Positions 39,316 through 49,660 of a stretch of 64,000 bases of DNA are shown here, one piece after another (position 1 is the first letter of the stretch; each line of letters opens with the position of its first letter). The notes under the pieces are model-generated. The model was given only the letters and a program-made list of their open reading frames with translations. It was not told where the DNA came from and ran no database searches. This stretch comes from an uncultured archaeon. GTDB lineage: Archaea > Asgardarchaeota > Heimdallarchaeia > Heimdallarchaeales > Heimdallarchaeaceae. The stretch lies in assembly GCA_964549075.1 (NCBI GenBank), contig CAZJUB010000001.1, positions 42,610-106,609 of the forward strand, in the 5' to 3' direction. The translations under genes and the position numbers were made by a program.

Positions 39316-41133
39316 CTAGAAAGGTAGTAAGTTTGGTAAACCAGCCATAATAGCAATTATAGCTCCGAGGAATATTAAAACAACAAAAACCCAAGCTGCA
39401 ACATCTTTATTTGAACTAAATCTAGATTGTCCGTCCATAGTATACATTCTTTTTATCATTACATATGGTCTCATTGTTCTTCTATACCAACCTATAATTT
39501 CTACTTGAGAACCAATGATTTTCTCGACTCTGAAGAGAGCAGTTATCCATCTCATAAATCCAAATAGAGGGTTATAATCTAGAGTAATAATTCCTGATGG
39601 ATCTTGAAGGACCACATCTTCACTGAAATAATATCCAGGGGTTCCTCGACCAATAATAGTTCCTCTTAAGCGTATAGGTTTCCCTCTAAAAGGCGAAGCT
39701 TCAACATACCCATTATCTGAAGTATCTGTAACTGCATGCATGATAGATACCAAAGGGATATCCTCACGTAGTTTTGGATAACGTATTTTTATTCGCCAAA
39801 TCCAAAGTAAACCAGCAATAGCAAGCCCTGCTCCAACAACGAGCCACACCACATTCATACTGACAGTCCATACATTATAGTAATTTAGTAAATAGAGTAC
39901 ACCTCCTGTACCAGGAAGAATAAAGAGTAATATTGGAGCGACATACGAAAGGAGCAGATCTATTAGGAATTCATCCCATAAACTCTCTTTAACTTGGTCT
40001 TCCCCTAGAATTGGAAAAGCTCTAGGTATCTGCATTTCTTCTGACAAATCATCTAGTGCAAGTAATCGTTTTGCTACTAACGGATGTGTGGATTGTAATT
40101 CAAGAAAAGCTGCCCAAGGGCTTTCTAAATCCCAAGCTGCAGCTTTTGCTACTAGTTCAGGCTTAACTTCTCCAGCTCTAGCTTGAGCTTGAGCAGACAT
40201 AACAAGACCTTGTGCTGCTTTGATATCAAAGATATTCAATGATCGAGTTGTATTGACAAAATTTGAACGAGAATATGCTCTAGTTCTGGTTCTTCTGTCT
40301 ACTCCTTTATCATTCATAGTAGTTGCATAAGCTTCCTGTGTCTGGACCATACCATAAGCAATTTTGACTAACGCAGTCGCTAAACCTTTAGGATTTCTTG
40401 TTTCTTCACCTGAAAATCTATCTGCATAGTATTCTCTCACTCTACTTAAGAACAAAACCAAGAACTGGCTTATAATATAGAAAATGAAAGACACAACCAT
40501 AGTCACTACTGCAGCAATAGCAATATATCCTGCTGCTTTATTATTATCTCCACTACCTCTAATAAATCCAAGTCTCAAAAAACCTCTAGAGAAAAGGTAG
40601 AAAGTATAGAGTATCATTGGAACAGCACTAGCAATTGTCATAAATGCAAAATCACGGTGAGCTATATGTCCTAGTTCATGCGATACAACTGCTTCTTGTT
40701 CTTCAGGTGTAAGTAAATTTAGTAAGCCATCTGACATTACTAATCTTGCATTTTTCTTGAATCTTCCATAGGTCAATGCAGTTGGCATTTGGTCATGAAT
40801 CATACCAACTTTCTGGATAGAGAGATTTTGCAACTGACTTTGATCTGCAATTAAACTTGCTAGATGAGGAGGCAACTGCATTGGATCTATCCAAGTCATT
40901 TTGTATAACCATCTAAAATTCAAATCAAGAAGCCATGGAGAGATGAGAAATTGTACAATCACAATGCCTATTGTTATTAAAATGGGGAATAATATAAGTG
41001 CAAAGGAAGAAGATGAAGCTATTTGGTATCCATAATAGGATGCAATTAAAACAGCACTAATCACTACTGCATAAACTAATCCCCATAAGAAAGCTAAAGT
41101 AAGCAATCCTCTAAAAATTATTCTAAATTTCAT
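39316..41133 (-). CDS. htpX: HtpX/M48 family membrane zinc metalloprotease with C-terminal extension
   Basis: HELGHIAHRD, SRVREYYAD, LATALVKI, STHP. Confidence 0.9.
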   Translation of the reverse strand: MKFRIIFRGLLTLAFLWGLVYAVVISAVLIASYYGYQIASSSSFALILFPILITIGIVIVQFLISPWLLDLNFRWLYKMTWIDPMQLPPHLASLIADQSQLQNLSIQKVGMIHDQMPTALTYGRFKKNARLVMSDGLLNLLTPEEQEAVVSHELGHIAHRDFAFMTIASAVPMILYTFYLFSRGFLRLGFIRGSGDNNKAAGYIAIAAVVTMVVSFIFYIISQFLVLFLSRVREYYADRFSGEETRNPKGLATALVKIAYGMVQTQEAYATTMNDKGVDRRTRTRAYSRSNFVNTTRSLNIFDIKAAQGLVMSAQAQARAGEVKPELVAKAAAWDLESPWAAFLELQSTHPLVAKRLLALDDLSEEMQIPRAFPILGEDQVKESLWDEFLIDLLLSYVAPILLFILPGTGGVLYLLNYYNVWTVSMNVVWLVVGAGLAIAGLLWIWRIKIRYPKLREDIPLVSIMHAVTDTSDNGYVEASPFRGKPIRLRGTIIGRGTPGYYFSEDVVLQDPSGIITLDYNPLFGFMRWITALFRVEKIIGSQVEIIGWYRRTMRPYVMIKRMYTMDGQSRFSSNKDVAAWVFVVLIFLGAIIAIMAGLPNLLPF

Positions 41134-41281
41134 GTTATCAAGATAATCTAATACAAACTAGTATAAATAACTTCATTTTTTAAAGAAATTTCACATACAT
41201 TTTTTACTTTAGATCATAAAATTATTTAGTTAAACTTAAGCTCTAATTGCTTGTAAAAAGAGATGAATTGTATCATCAAAG

Positions 41282-41935
41282 TTAGTAAAGTGATAAAAGA
41301 TCAGTCATAGAACCAATAGTTGCTGAAGCTTTAATTTCTTTCCTTCTTGTCCCTGGTGCGCCTTCTGTACCAAAATAGATAAAATCTATCTTAGCATTTA
41401 GAGCTGTTTCAGCGTCTACCCAAGAATCTCCAATGAAAATAGTTCTTTCCTTTGTTGCTTGAAATTTTTCCATCAGAGTGTAAATACCTTCAGGATCAGG
41501 TTTACTTTTAGTAACATCATCTCTTGTTAAAATATATTCAAAAAGATGATTGAAATTGTATTTCTCTAGCGCATAACTGGCAATTTTTCGGGAATTATTC
41601 GTGTATAAAACTAGTGTATGACCTTTATCCTTAAGTTTCTCTAATGTAGTGATTACATCTTCTTCAACAAAAGCGTTTTCATACCCTTTAAATTCATATT
41701 CTTCTAATAATTTCCATGCTTTTTCATGTAATTTGCCTGTTGAATCTTTTTTATCTATTAGAGCTATAAGTTCAAGTATAGTATAGATGGTTTCAGATAT
41801 TTTTCTATACTCTTCTTTATCAACAATATCTCTGAGAATCTCTCGAAGTCTATCTCTAATCCCCATATAGTCAATCTTGGATTGAATTAAAGTTCCATCC
41901 ATATCAAAAATTAATAATAACTTCGAAGTAACCAT
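41282..41935 (-). CDS. HAD-superfamily hydrolase (phosphoglycolate phosphatase-like)
   Basis: FDMDGTL, TNN, KPDPEG, IGDSWVD. Confidence 0.92.
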   Translation of the reverse strand: MVTSKLLLIFDMDGTLIQSKIDYMGIRDRLREILRDIVDKEEYRKISETIYTILELIALIDKKDSTGKLHEKAWKLLEEYEFKGYENAFVEEDVITTLEKLKDKGHTLVLYTNNSRKIASYALEKYNFNHLFEYILTRDDVTKSKPDPEGIYTLMEKFQATKERTIFIGDSWVDAETALNAKIDFIYFGTEGAPGTRRKEIKASATIGSMTDLLSLY

Positions 41936-42044
41936 TTCCCATTTCGGTATTTTTTGTTAAGATTTTTAATAATTTGGGTTAACACAAATACAGAACAATA
42001 GTTAATTTTTTATTTTTACATAGGAATACTATTTTGGTGTCCCT

Positions 42045-43268
42045 TTGAGTACAAAGAGTCTTGAATTCGTGTTTGTTCCTTATGAACCTATATTCTCTAA
42101 TTTAAAAGAAACATATAATCAATATTCAAAATTATATAATGATTTTAAAGATGCAGGGGAGGAAAATATAGCTTTCAAAGTATTATCATATCATTATGCT
42201 GGAATGTTATATATAATCAAAGCAGATGAATTAAGAATAAAAAAGAAGTATAAAGATGCTCTTATTAATTATGAAGAAGGTCTAAAACTTATTAATAGAT
42301 CTCGAGCATCCAGAGGAAGGGAAGGCGATAGAATATTCAACGAGATGGTCTTGTGGATAAACTATTGCGAGGCAATGATAAAACTATGTCAAAGTTTTAG
42401 TGAAACAGATTTGTCAAAAAAGATTAAACTTCTTGAAGAGAGTGGTGAATTAAATAGAGATTTTTATGAAGCACGCAAATTAGAGGAGGATAAGACAAAC
42501 CTAATAGCAGCTAAAGCTAGAGATTGTTATACACAATTTATTTACAATCTTGCATTATCAGAATTACATAAAAATAATTCAAAAGTAGCTAAAAAATATC
42601 TTCTTGAAGCTAGAAAAGAGATTATGAAAGCAAATTTCATCTACAAATCACTAAATGAAGAGCTAAATGAAATACAGAATAAAATAGATGAAATAACAAA
42701 AGCACATATAGTAGCCAGAGCTGAAGGATTTTGGGATAAAGGGTCAATTCTCATCTCTGAAAGTAAGTTTAATGAAGCTCAAAGGTATTTTACCATTGCC
42801 TCCAAATACTATGCAAGAGCGAGTGTTATTTGTGCAAATTTTATGGAACAGAGATTGTATCTTGCTTTATCTAGAATCACAGAAGCAAGTCAATATGAAG
42901 CTGAAGCAAATGAGATGTATAAAAGACAAGACAAACCTAAAGAAGCAAGTGAAATGTTTAACAAAGCTGTTGACATAGTAGATATTGCATTAGGATTGCT
43001 TACTAGTATTAAAAGTGAATCTCTAATAAACAACATGACAGCTCAAAGATCATTTTATGAAGCACTTGCTTTAGAAACTGAAGGAATCTTTCTATTTGAT
43101 AGTGAACAATTCAATGAAGCACTTCAAAACTTTGAAAATTCTATGAAAAAACTTGAAGAGACTCAAGTTAGTGCTTCTGAAGGGAATATTGATCAACTAC
43201 TTGAATTCGTTCGGACTGCAAAAAGTGAAGTAGAAGGATATATTTCCATGGCTCAAGCAATGTTATAA
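42045..43268 (+). CDS. All-helical TPR/SNAP-like repeat protein
   Basis: Repeated helices such as YKDALINYEEGL, FNEAQRYFTIAS, FNEALQNFENSM. Confidence 0.65.
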   Translation: MSTKSLEFVFVPYEPIFSNLKETYNQYSKLYNDFKDAGEENIAFKVLSYHYAGMLYIIKADELRIKKKYKDALINYEEGLKLINRSRASRGREGDRIFNEMVLWINYCEAMIKLCQSFSETDLSKKIKLLEESGELNRDFYEARKLEEDKTNLIAAKARDCYTQFIYNLALSELHKNNSKVAKKYLLEARKEIMKANFIYKSLNEELNEIQNKIDEITKAHIVARAEGFWDKGSILISESKFNEAQRYFTIASKYYARASVICANFMEQRLYLALSRITEASQYEAEANEMYKRQDKPKEASEMFNKAVDIVDIALGLLTSIKSESLINNMTAQRSFYEALALETEGIFLFDSEQFNEALQNFENSMKKLEETQVSASEGNIDQLLEFVRTAKSEVEGYISMAQAML

Positions 43269-43322
43269 TTGATGAGTATAGTTTGTTTCGGAAGATTTTA
43301 AACTCATCTAAGAAACTTTAGT

Positions 43323-43406
43323 TGAAGAATCATCTATGACGAAATAACGGTCTTGGATTGCCCTAAAGGCAATGACATGTGATGGGCGAACCGAGATGGT
43401 TCTTCA
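43323..43406 (+). ncRNA. Candidate k-turn / box C/D-like small RNA
   Basis: 12-bp terminal stem with one G-U pair, box C-like ATGACGA, box D-like CCGA, internal ATGA/GTGATGG pair, ATTGCC/GGCAAT hairpin, upstream TTTTAAA at 43296. Confidence 0.5.
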
Positions 43407-43411
43407 TCACT

Positions 43412-45118
43412 TCACACTATAACAGACTCAATTATCGAATTATATTCATAAAATGATAGTCTTTTATGTCCTGTTGCTGAAACTAAACCTAGTGAATTTC
43501 CACCTGATAAATCATCTTGTAAAGAGAAATAGACGAATCCTTTGAATTTCACTTCCTTTAGAACAAGTTCTAACATAGCTGATAATGCTCCAGCTTGTAT
43601 TCTTTCTCCATACATAACCGCAGAAATACCAAATTCGCAAATCCATAACTCTTTTGTCGAAGATGTTGCTTTCTCTAGAAATGGTGTTAAATCCAATTCT
43701 CTTGCATGTACAATATAATAGTCTATACCAACAAAATCAACAGTAGTATTTGCCCAAATTGATTCAAAGACACTATCTGGGTAATTAAAAGTATTGAAAT
43801 CATTGTAGGAAAGATTTACACCAATTTCAGTGTCGTTAGAATAAGTACGTAATTCGGTTACAGTGTCTTCAATTGCTTCAGCCCATTCATCTGGTGTCGG
43901 GATATCTTTAACATATGCCGATGAGAAACCATAAGGTTCAGGAAAAATTAATAGAAATTCTGGATCACAAAGTTGGATGAGTTCTATTGCTTGGTTTTCA
44001 ATCTCAGCAATGAAATCTGAAAAATCAACAGATTGAAAGTTCCAAATTGGATATCCAAAACCATAGGTTGATAGCATTATTTTAAATCCATTTGCTTTGA
44101 GTTCATTCGTTATGTATTGTAATTCTGTAGTATAATTATAAAGCAATTCTGATTTGATGTCCATACGGACAGTAGTAACATTTAAATCTAGCAACATTTC
44201 GAGTTCATTATTAAATGTCTCCATATAATTTTCAGGAAGTGACTGTTGATAAGTTATTGTTTGAAGAGACACTCCAAATTCAAAATCATTTCTTATAGGA
44301 TATTCAGGACTATAATTCTTTGAAGTATAATGTCCAAAAGAAGCCATTGTTCCAATATTGAGTAAAGTAAAAACTATGATTAAAATTATACCTAGAGCAT
44401 AAATACCTTTAGCACCATTATCTAGAAAAACCTTAATTTGAGGTAAAATTGCAGGTTTAGCTTGTTTAGTAGTATCAATCTCCTCTGTAAATACGCTCTC
44501 CCTGCTTTTAACCTTGGTTCTATCTGTTGCTATTATTTCCTTTTTCTGTTGTTTTTTATTTGTGTCTTGAGTAGGTTCATAAGGTTTCTTGAATTTTATT
44601 GGGACAGCAAATGGTAGAAGAATTAAAACTGGATAAAAGTAACCCACAGCTCCATAGAGAAAAGCTTCGAAAGAAGCATATCCCACAGAAGGTATAATCA
44701 TAAACCACTCCAATGCTTTTGGAAGAATAAATGAAGTCTGTGCTTCAACAAAATTGAGCAACAGCATACTTGATTGTAAAGCAAGAATTGTAAATAAAAC
44801 ATTGATTATCTTTCCCCACCTTGTAGCTTCTATTGAACCTTTAAATGCAAGAATTGTTACTACAAGGTTGTTAATAAAAAGAAGAATACAACCTACTAAA
44901 GCACCCCATACAAATTCAATTGATAAGGACAAGTTGAACCAAAGAAATGATATTATCGTGCTTACTAATATCACTACAGCTGAACTTACATTCCAAGCTT
45001 TTTTAGTAAAATTTGGTTTCGAGAATGTATCATAAATAAGTTTTCCCGATACACTTGCATTATAAAGTAATGCTAAATATGAAAAAACAATAGCTGCTTC
45101 AGGTGGTAATATAGACAT
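43412..45118 (-). CDS. Multi-TM membrane protein fused to a glycoside-hydrolase-like TIM barrel
   Basis: N-terminal TM bundle, then VTTVRMD, FPEPYG, DFVGIDYY and WICEFG (clan GH-A-like glutamate pair). Confidence 0.65.
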   Translation of the reverse strand: MSILPPEAAIVFSYLALLYNASVSGKLIYDTFSKPNFTKKAWNVSSAVVILVSTIISFLWFNLSLSIEFVWGALVGCILLFINNLVVTILAFKGSIEATRWGKIINVLFTILALQSSMLLLNFVEAQTSFILPKALEWFMIIPSVGYASFEAFLYGAVGYFYPVLILLPFAVPIKFKKPYEPTQDTNKKQQKKEIIATDRTKVKSRESVFTEEIDTTKQAKPAILPQIKVFLDNGAKGIYALGIILIIVFTLLNIGTMASFGHYTSKNYSPEYPIRNDFEFGVSLQTITYQQSLPENYMETFNNELEMLLDLNVTTVRMDIKSELLYNYTTELQYITNELKANGFKIMLSTYGFGYPIWNFQSVDFSDFIAEIENQAIELIQLCDPEFLLIFPEPYGFSSAYVKDIPTPDEWAEAIEDTVTELRTYSNDTEIGVNLSYNDFNTFNYPDSVFESIWANTTVDFVGIDYYIVHARELDLTPFLEKATSSTKELWICEFGISAVMYGERIQAGALSAMLELVLKEVKFKGFVYFSLQDDLSGGNSLGLVSATGHKRLSFYEYNSIIESVIV

Positions 45119-45171
45119 TTGTATTCAACCTAAAGTTACTAGGACGTTTAAATAACTTACCATTTCTGGTC

Positions 45172-45891
45172 TTATGAAATCAGTAAATTTTTCAAATCAA
45201 ATAATGTTCCTTTATAATCAGGACGTGTTTCAGCTGTTATTGTATCTTCATTCTCCGCATCAGGTTCTATAAGGAAAGCCTGATAGCCATACTTCTTAGC
45301 ATGTAAGTCTCGATAAGCATCATTACCAATCATCATAGATCTTTGAGGATTAATTTCTAAACTTTGCGCAATATTTAACCAGTAATTTTCATTATTTTTA
45401 CAATAATAACTATTTTCAGCATGAGTAATATGATCAAAGAATTTTTCTGAAATACCTCCCCAAATCATCCGTTTTTGAATTGCTATAAACGGGAATACCG
45501 GATTAGTAGCTAGAATAAGTTTTGTTTCGGGTAAATTTTTCTTCAAACTTTGTAAAAGCTCTTTAGCTCCATCTACTTTATGAATTAAAGGTTTAATAAC
45601 ATCAAAATCAGTTTGATAAAAATCAAGAAATCTTTGCGAGATTTTATCACAATCCACATCAAATTTCGGACAAAAATCATTTAGAAAATCTTCAAGAGCA
45701 GTGGTAGTTGGATTATCACTGTTTTCCATAACATCTGTAGATTTCAATAATTCTTGATAGAAAGATTCAGGATTTGGAATCAAATCAATGAAAAATTTCG
45801 CTGCAGCACCTAGATAGGTTTTAATAAATTGCTCAGGTTCGAAATAAATTAAAGTTCCATCTAAATCAAATAATAAAGCTTCATATGTCAT
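45172..45891 (-). CDS. HAD-superfamily hydrolase
   Basis: FDLDGTL, LATNPVFP, MIGND..RD. Confidence 0.9.
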   Translation of the reverse strand: MTYEALLFDLDGTLIYFEPEQFIKTYLGAAAKFFIDLIPNPESFYQELLKSTDVMENSDNPTTTALEDFLNDFCPKFDVDCDKISQRFLDFYQTDFDVIKPLIHKVDGAKELLQSLKKNLPETKLILATNPVFPFIAIQKRMIWGGISEKFFDHITHAENSYYCKNNENYWLNIAQSLEINPQRSMMIGNDAYRDLHAKKYGYQAFLIEPDAENEDTITAETRPDYKGTLFDLKNLLIS

Positions 45892-45905
45892 ATCTTTACA
45901 GTTCC

Positions 45906-46784
45906 TTATTTTAGAAATTTATAATACTTATCTAAACAGATACCTATGCATCCTGGTCCAGCATGCGTAACAATGGTCATTCCAACATCAGAAATTGAAG
46001 TATTATATTCTCTAGGTTTGATTTTATTTTCTATGTAATCTTTAAGAAAATTAGCTGATTCTAGGTTTTGTGCATGCATGATATATGCATTGAATTTATC
46101 AGGTCTTCCAGTTTTCTCATATACAGTGTTAAAGGATTCTATTACAGCATTACTATGTCCTCTAACAGTCTTTTCTACTTCCATCTTTCCATCAATAAAA
46201 CATATGACAGGTTTCATATCTGCTAATTTTGCTATCCAATATTTAGATTTACTCAAACGTCCTCCTCTATGTAAATAAACTAAATCTGGAACAGTAAATG
46301 CTATTTCTAACTTATCTCTATATTCATCAAGTTTAGGGATTATCTCTTCAGCTGATTTTCCTTCTTTTGCTAACTCAGCAGCCATTATAGCTAATACTCC
46401 TAGACCAAAAGTAGCTAATTTAGAATCATAGATGTAAATCTTTGCAGGATTTTTAACAACTTTTTCATACCTTTTTCTAGCATTTATTGCAGTATTATAA
46501 GAACCAGAAATCCCAGAGGAGATCACAATATTAATCACTTCATCTACATCTTTACCTAATTTCTCAAACAATTCATACTGATGAGCAAGTGTAGGATTAG
46601 CAGTTTGAGGTAATTCATCTGAAGCATAAAATTTCTCATAATATTGCTCCATAGTGATATCAACACCTTCATAGAAGACATCATCGCCAAATCGAATTAC
46701 AGTTGGAACTAGAGCGATATCATATTTTTTCACTAAATGTGCTGGTAAATCTGCTGCAGTATCAGTCATTATCTTAACTGTCAT
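45906..46784 (-). CDS. DegV/FakB family fatty-acid-binding protein
   Basis: IMTDTAADL, PQTANP, ISSGISGS, DSK, LHRGGRL, HAGPG. Confidence 0.93.
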   Translation of the reverse strand: MTVKIMTDTAADLPAHLVKKYDIALVPTVIRFGDDVFYEGVDITMEQYYEKFYASDELPQTANPTLAHQYELFEKLGKDVDEVINIVISSGISGSYNTAINARKRYEKVVKNPAKIYIYDSKLATFGLGVLAIMAAELAKEGKSAEEIIPKLDEYRDKLEIAFTVPDLVYLHRGGRLSKSKYWIAKLADMKPVICFIDGKMEVEKTVRGHSNAVIESFNTVYEKTGRPDKFNAYIMHAQNLESANFLKDYIENKIKPREYNTSISDVGMTIVTHAGPGCIGICLDKYYKFLK

Positions 46785-46839
46785 TGGTGAAACCTAAAGA
46801 AAAAGAAAAGGAGATAAATTTAAACTTTGCTCGAAAAGA

Positions 46840-47730
46840 TCAATATTCAAAATCTTTTGTCATAATTAAAACGATTGTACCCGGACCAGTATGAGCACTT
46901 ATTACACCACCGACATTGAAGATTTCACCAATATTTAAATCTGGATTGTCTTCTTTTATTTTCTTAGCATAATTTTCTGTTTCGAATCTAAATACAGCTT
47001 GGGTAAAGTGCAGAGTAAGTTTACTCAAATCACTTTCACCAAGATCTTCTTTAAGTAGTTCAACCATAGTATCTACAGCTTTATCAAGTCCTGTTACGCT
47101 TTTTAAAACCTCAACCTTACCATTAATAAAATGAAGAATAGGATTTTTCGATAGAAGTGACCCTAAATAGTATTTAGCTCTACTTAACCTACCACCTTCG
47201 AATAACCAGCGCAAATCTCCTACTGAGAAGTAAAATGAGATACAACTCTCTTGCCATTTATGTAGTTTTTCAATAATTTTTTTAGCATTTAATCCTTGTT
47301 TAACAAGACTAGCAGCTTTTAAAACAACTAATCCGAAGGGAGTACTAGCAGATTGAGAATCGTAGAGGTGTATTTTTGCGCCATCAGGGTTGGATTTTTC
47401 ATACATTTTTTTAGCCATTCTAGCATTAGCGACAGCTCCACTAAGTTCGCTAGATAGATGCATAGATATTATTTCATCATACTTCTTACCATGAATCTCA
47501 TAAGCTTTTAGCAAATCAGCTTGAGTACTTTGTGAGGTAGTAGGATGTTCTGTAGTCTGAGACAATTTTGCATAAAATTGTGAAAGTGTGAGAGTTTCCA
47601 GCTCTTTGTACTCCTCTGTACCAAACATTACTTGCATCGGAACCCATTGAATATCATATTTATCATAAAGAGTGACATCATTAGGAAAATTCAAATCTGC
47701 GCTTGTATCGCAAATAATCTTAACTGTCAT
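46840..47730 (-). CDS. DegV/FakB family fatty-acid-binding protein
   Basis: DTSADL, PTTSQ, LSSELSG, DSQ, EGGRL, HTGPG. Confidence 0.93.
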   Translation of the reverse strand: MTVKIICDTSADLNFPNDVTLYDKYDIQWVPMQVMFGTEEYKELETLTLSQFYAKLSQTTEHPTTSQSTQADLLKAYEIHGKKYDEIISMHLSSELSGAVANARMAKKMYEKSNPDGAKIHLYDSQSASTPFGLVVLKAASLVKQGLNAKKIIEKLHKWQESCISFYFSVGDLRWLFEGGRLSRAKYYLGSLLSKNPILHFINGKVEVLKSVTGLDKAVDTMVELLKEDLGESDLSKLTLHFTQAVFRFETENYAKKIKEDNPDLNIGEIFNVGGVISAHTGPGTIVLIMTKDFEY

Positions 47731-47766
47731 AGGTTTTAACCGTGGTAGGTTTTTTTTAAATATTTG

Positions 47767-47788
47767 CTATTATATTTTGATATAATAG
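47767..47788. promoter_or_regulatory. Inverted repeat CTATTATAT-TTTG-ATATAATAG in the divergent DegV / TRAP-beta promoter region
   Basis: Perfect 9-bp arms with a 4-bp spacer. Confidence 0.35.
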
Positions 47789-47873
47789 TGATGTTCTACA
47801 AAAAATACCAAAGAGCAAAATATTTAAGTTGGCTGTATAGAGCATGTTTAGAAATTGAAGGATTAAGAAGTCC

Positions 47874-48617
47874 ATGCAACACAGAATCGGAACAAAACTA
47901 GTTGTATATCTTATAATTACTCTATTTGCAAGTTTAGCTTTCAACCAATCATCGATTCAACGAAATGTTTTAGCTTTATCAGAAGATCATTCCAACACTA
48001 ATAAAATAAATAATTTTCCTAAACTTAGTCCAATAAACGATTCATTTCTACAAAGACCAATACTCGATATTGCAAAAACAGTAAACACAACTGAAGTAAA
48101 TCTTGATAATAATGTGTGGATTAGAGTTAATGTAACAATCAGAAATATTGGTAATGCAACAGCTTATAATTTAACCTCAGTTGATCCAGAATTTAATGAA
48201 TGGGCAGTTTCAAGTTTAAATGTTACTCAACAGAGATGGGTGATAATTGAAGTAAATGCTTCTGCATATTATTATTATTATTTTAGACCAATACTAGAAG
48301 GCAATTTCACTTTAGAACCTACTGATATTGTGTATGTGGATATAAACGGTACTGAATATCATGCACAATCACAACGTTTCACCATTTTATCTTTTAGACC
48401 TGAGAATATTGCAGTGATAGATGCTGAGCTATGGTTAAATATTCTATACTATAGTTTAATTATTGCTGGTTCTTTAGCATCTATAGTGTTGTTTGATTAC
48501 TTTGTTATTAAACGATCAAAAGATGTTAAAAAAGTTAAAGAGAAAGTGGAGAAGAAAGGAGTAGCTGCTCAAAAAAGTAAACAACGAATCAAGAAGCAGA
48601 AGAAGAAACGAAGATAA
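47874..48617 (+). CDS. TRAP-beta (SSR2)-like single-pass membrane protein
   Basis: Signal peptide, Ig-like domain (AKTV...VTIRNIGNATAYNL...RW...FRP...GNFTL.PT.IVY), one TM helix, basic tail. Confidence 0.65.
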   Translation: MQHRIGTKLVVYLIITLFASLAFNQSSIQRNVLALSEDHSNTNKINNFPKLSPINDSFLQRPILDIAKTVNTTEVNLDNNVWIRVNVTIRNIGNATAYNLTSVDPEFNEWAVSSLNVTQQRWVIIEVNASAYYYYYFRPILEGNFTLEPTDIVYVDINGTEYHAQSQRFTILSFRPENIAVIDAELWLNILYYSLIIAGSLASIVLFDYFVIKRSKDVKKVKEKVEKKGVAAQKSKQRIKKQKKKRR

Positions 48618-48663
48618 TCTTCTTCTCAACCAAATCTCACATTTTATATATCCTTTTTTTAAA

Positions 48664-49656
48664 TTGAGCTTAATGTCGTTAAAAGAAATTCTTGAGATGA
48701 ATTTAAAATATTTATTAGTGGGGGGAAAAGGAGGAGTAGGTAAAACAAGTATTGCTTCTGCATTAGCAATTACATTAGCAGAGCATGGACGTAGAGTTCT
48801 TCTCATCTCAACTGATCCTGCACATAGTATCTCTGATTCCTTTGATATGGATTTTTCTAAAGGAGAGATTACAAAAGTAAAAGGTGTGGCAGGAGATCTC
48901 TTTGCTCTTGAGATTAATCCTGCAGCTGCTGGAGATGAAATTTCTCAAGCTATTGGACAACCTATGCAAGCTGATCAATTTTCACAATTTGCCTCTATTC
49001 CTGGATTAGGTGAACTTCAGCAAGGATTAGGACAAGATCTTCAATCAATTCCTCCACCTGGCATGGATGAAGCTTTATCTTTCGCAAAGATTCTTGAATA
49101 TGCTGAGGATGATAATTATGACACAATTGTTCTTGATACAGCTCCAACTGGACATACACTTAGACTTTTGAATTTACCTGAGTTCTTAGATTCTTTTCTA
49201 GGAAGGATACTGAAAATGAAGACTTTTTTGTCTAATGCTATGAAAATGATGAAATCTTTATTCGGTGGAGACCAAGAAAAAGACAGGACTATTGAAACAT
49301 TAGAGTTAATGAAAGAAAAAGTATTGATAGCTAGAGATAAATTGATGGACGAAACACAAACCCAATTTGTTAAAGTATTGATTCCAACTTTGATGAGTGT
49401 TTTCGAAACAGAAAGATTAGTTGAAGAACTTAACCAACATCTCATTCCTCATAGGTTTTCTGTTATTAATATGGTTAATCCTGAAAACACCAACTGTTCT
49501 TATTGCATGCACAGATATAATGAGCACAAGAAAAACATAGAGTATATTAAATCTGTTTTTCCGTTAGATCAAACAACAATTGTAGAAGCATTTGATAGAG
49601 AAATTCGAGGATTAGACATGCTAAAAGAGCTAAACACTAAGCTCATATTAGAGTGA
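48664..49656 (+). CDS. Get3/TRC40-type ArsA-family ATPase
   Basis: GKGGVGKT, STDPAHS, PPGMDE, DTAPTGH, Met-rich insert LKMKTFLSNAMKMMK, CSYC dimer motif. Confidence 0.88.
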   Translation: MSLMSLKEILEMNLKYLLVGGKGGVGKTSIASALAITLAEHGRRVLLISTDPAHSISDSFDMDFSKGEITKVKGVAGDLFALEINPAAAGDEISQAIGQPMQADQFSQFASIPGLGELQQGLGQDLQSIPPPGMDEALSFAKILEYAEDDNYDTIVLDTAPTGHTLRLLNLPEFLDSFLGRILKMKTFLSNAMKMMKSLFGGDQEKDRTIETLELMKEKVLIARDKLMDETQTQFVKVLIPTLMSVFETERLVEELNQHLIPHRFSVINMVNPENTNCSYCMHRYNEHKKNIEYIKSVFPLDQTTIVEAFDREIRGLDMLKELNTKLILE

Positions 49657-49660
49657 TAAA

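Noticed and set aside
43321-43411. tRNA, hammerhead ribozyme or fluoride riboswitch reading of the structured gap
   Set aside because: No cloverleaf or proper T-loop, no CUGANGA core, and no riboswitch consensus or suitable downstream gene.
43336-43412. SECIS element, or Sec read-through of the TGA ending 43412..45118
   Set aside because: There is no helix II above the GA quartet, the upstream plus-strand gene has no in-frame TGA, and the read-through peptide has no selenoprotein motif.
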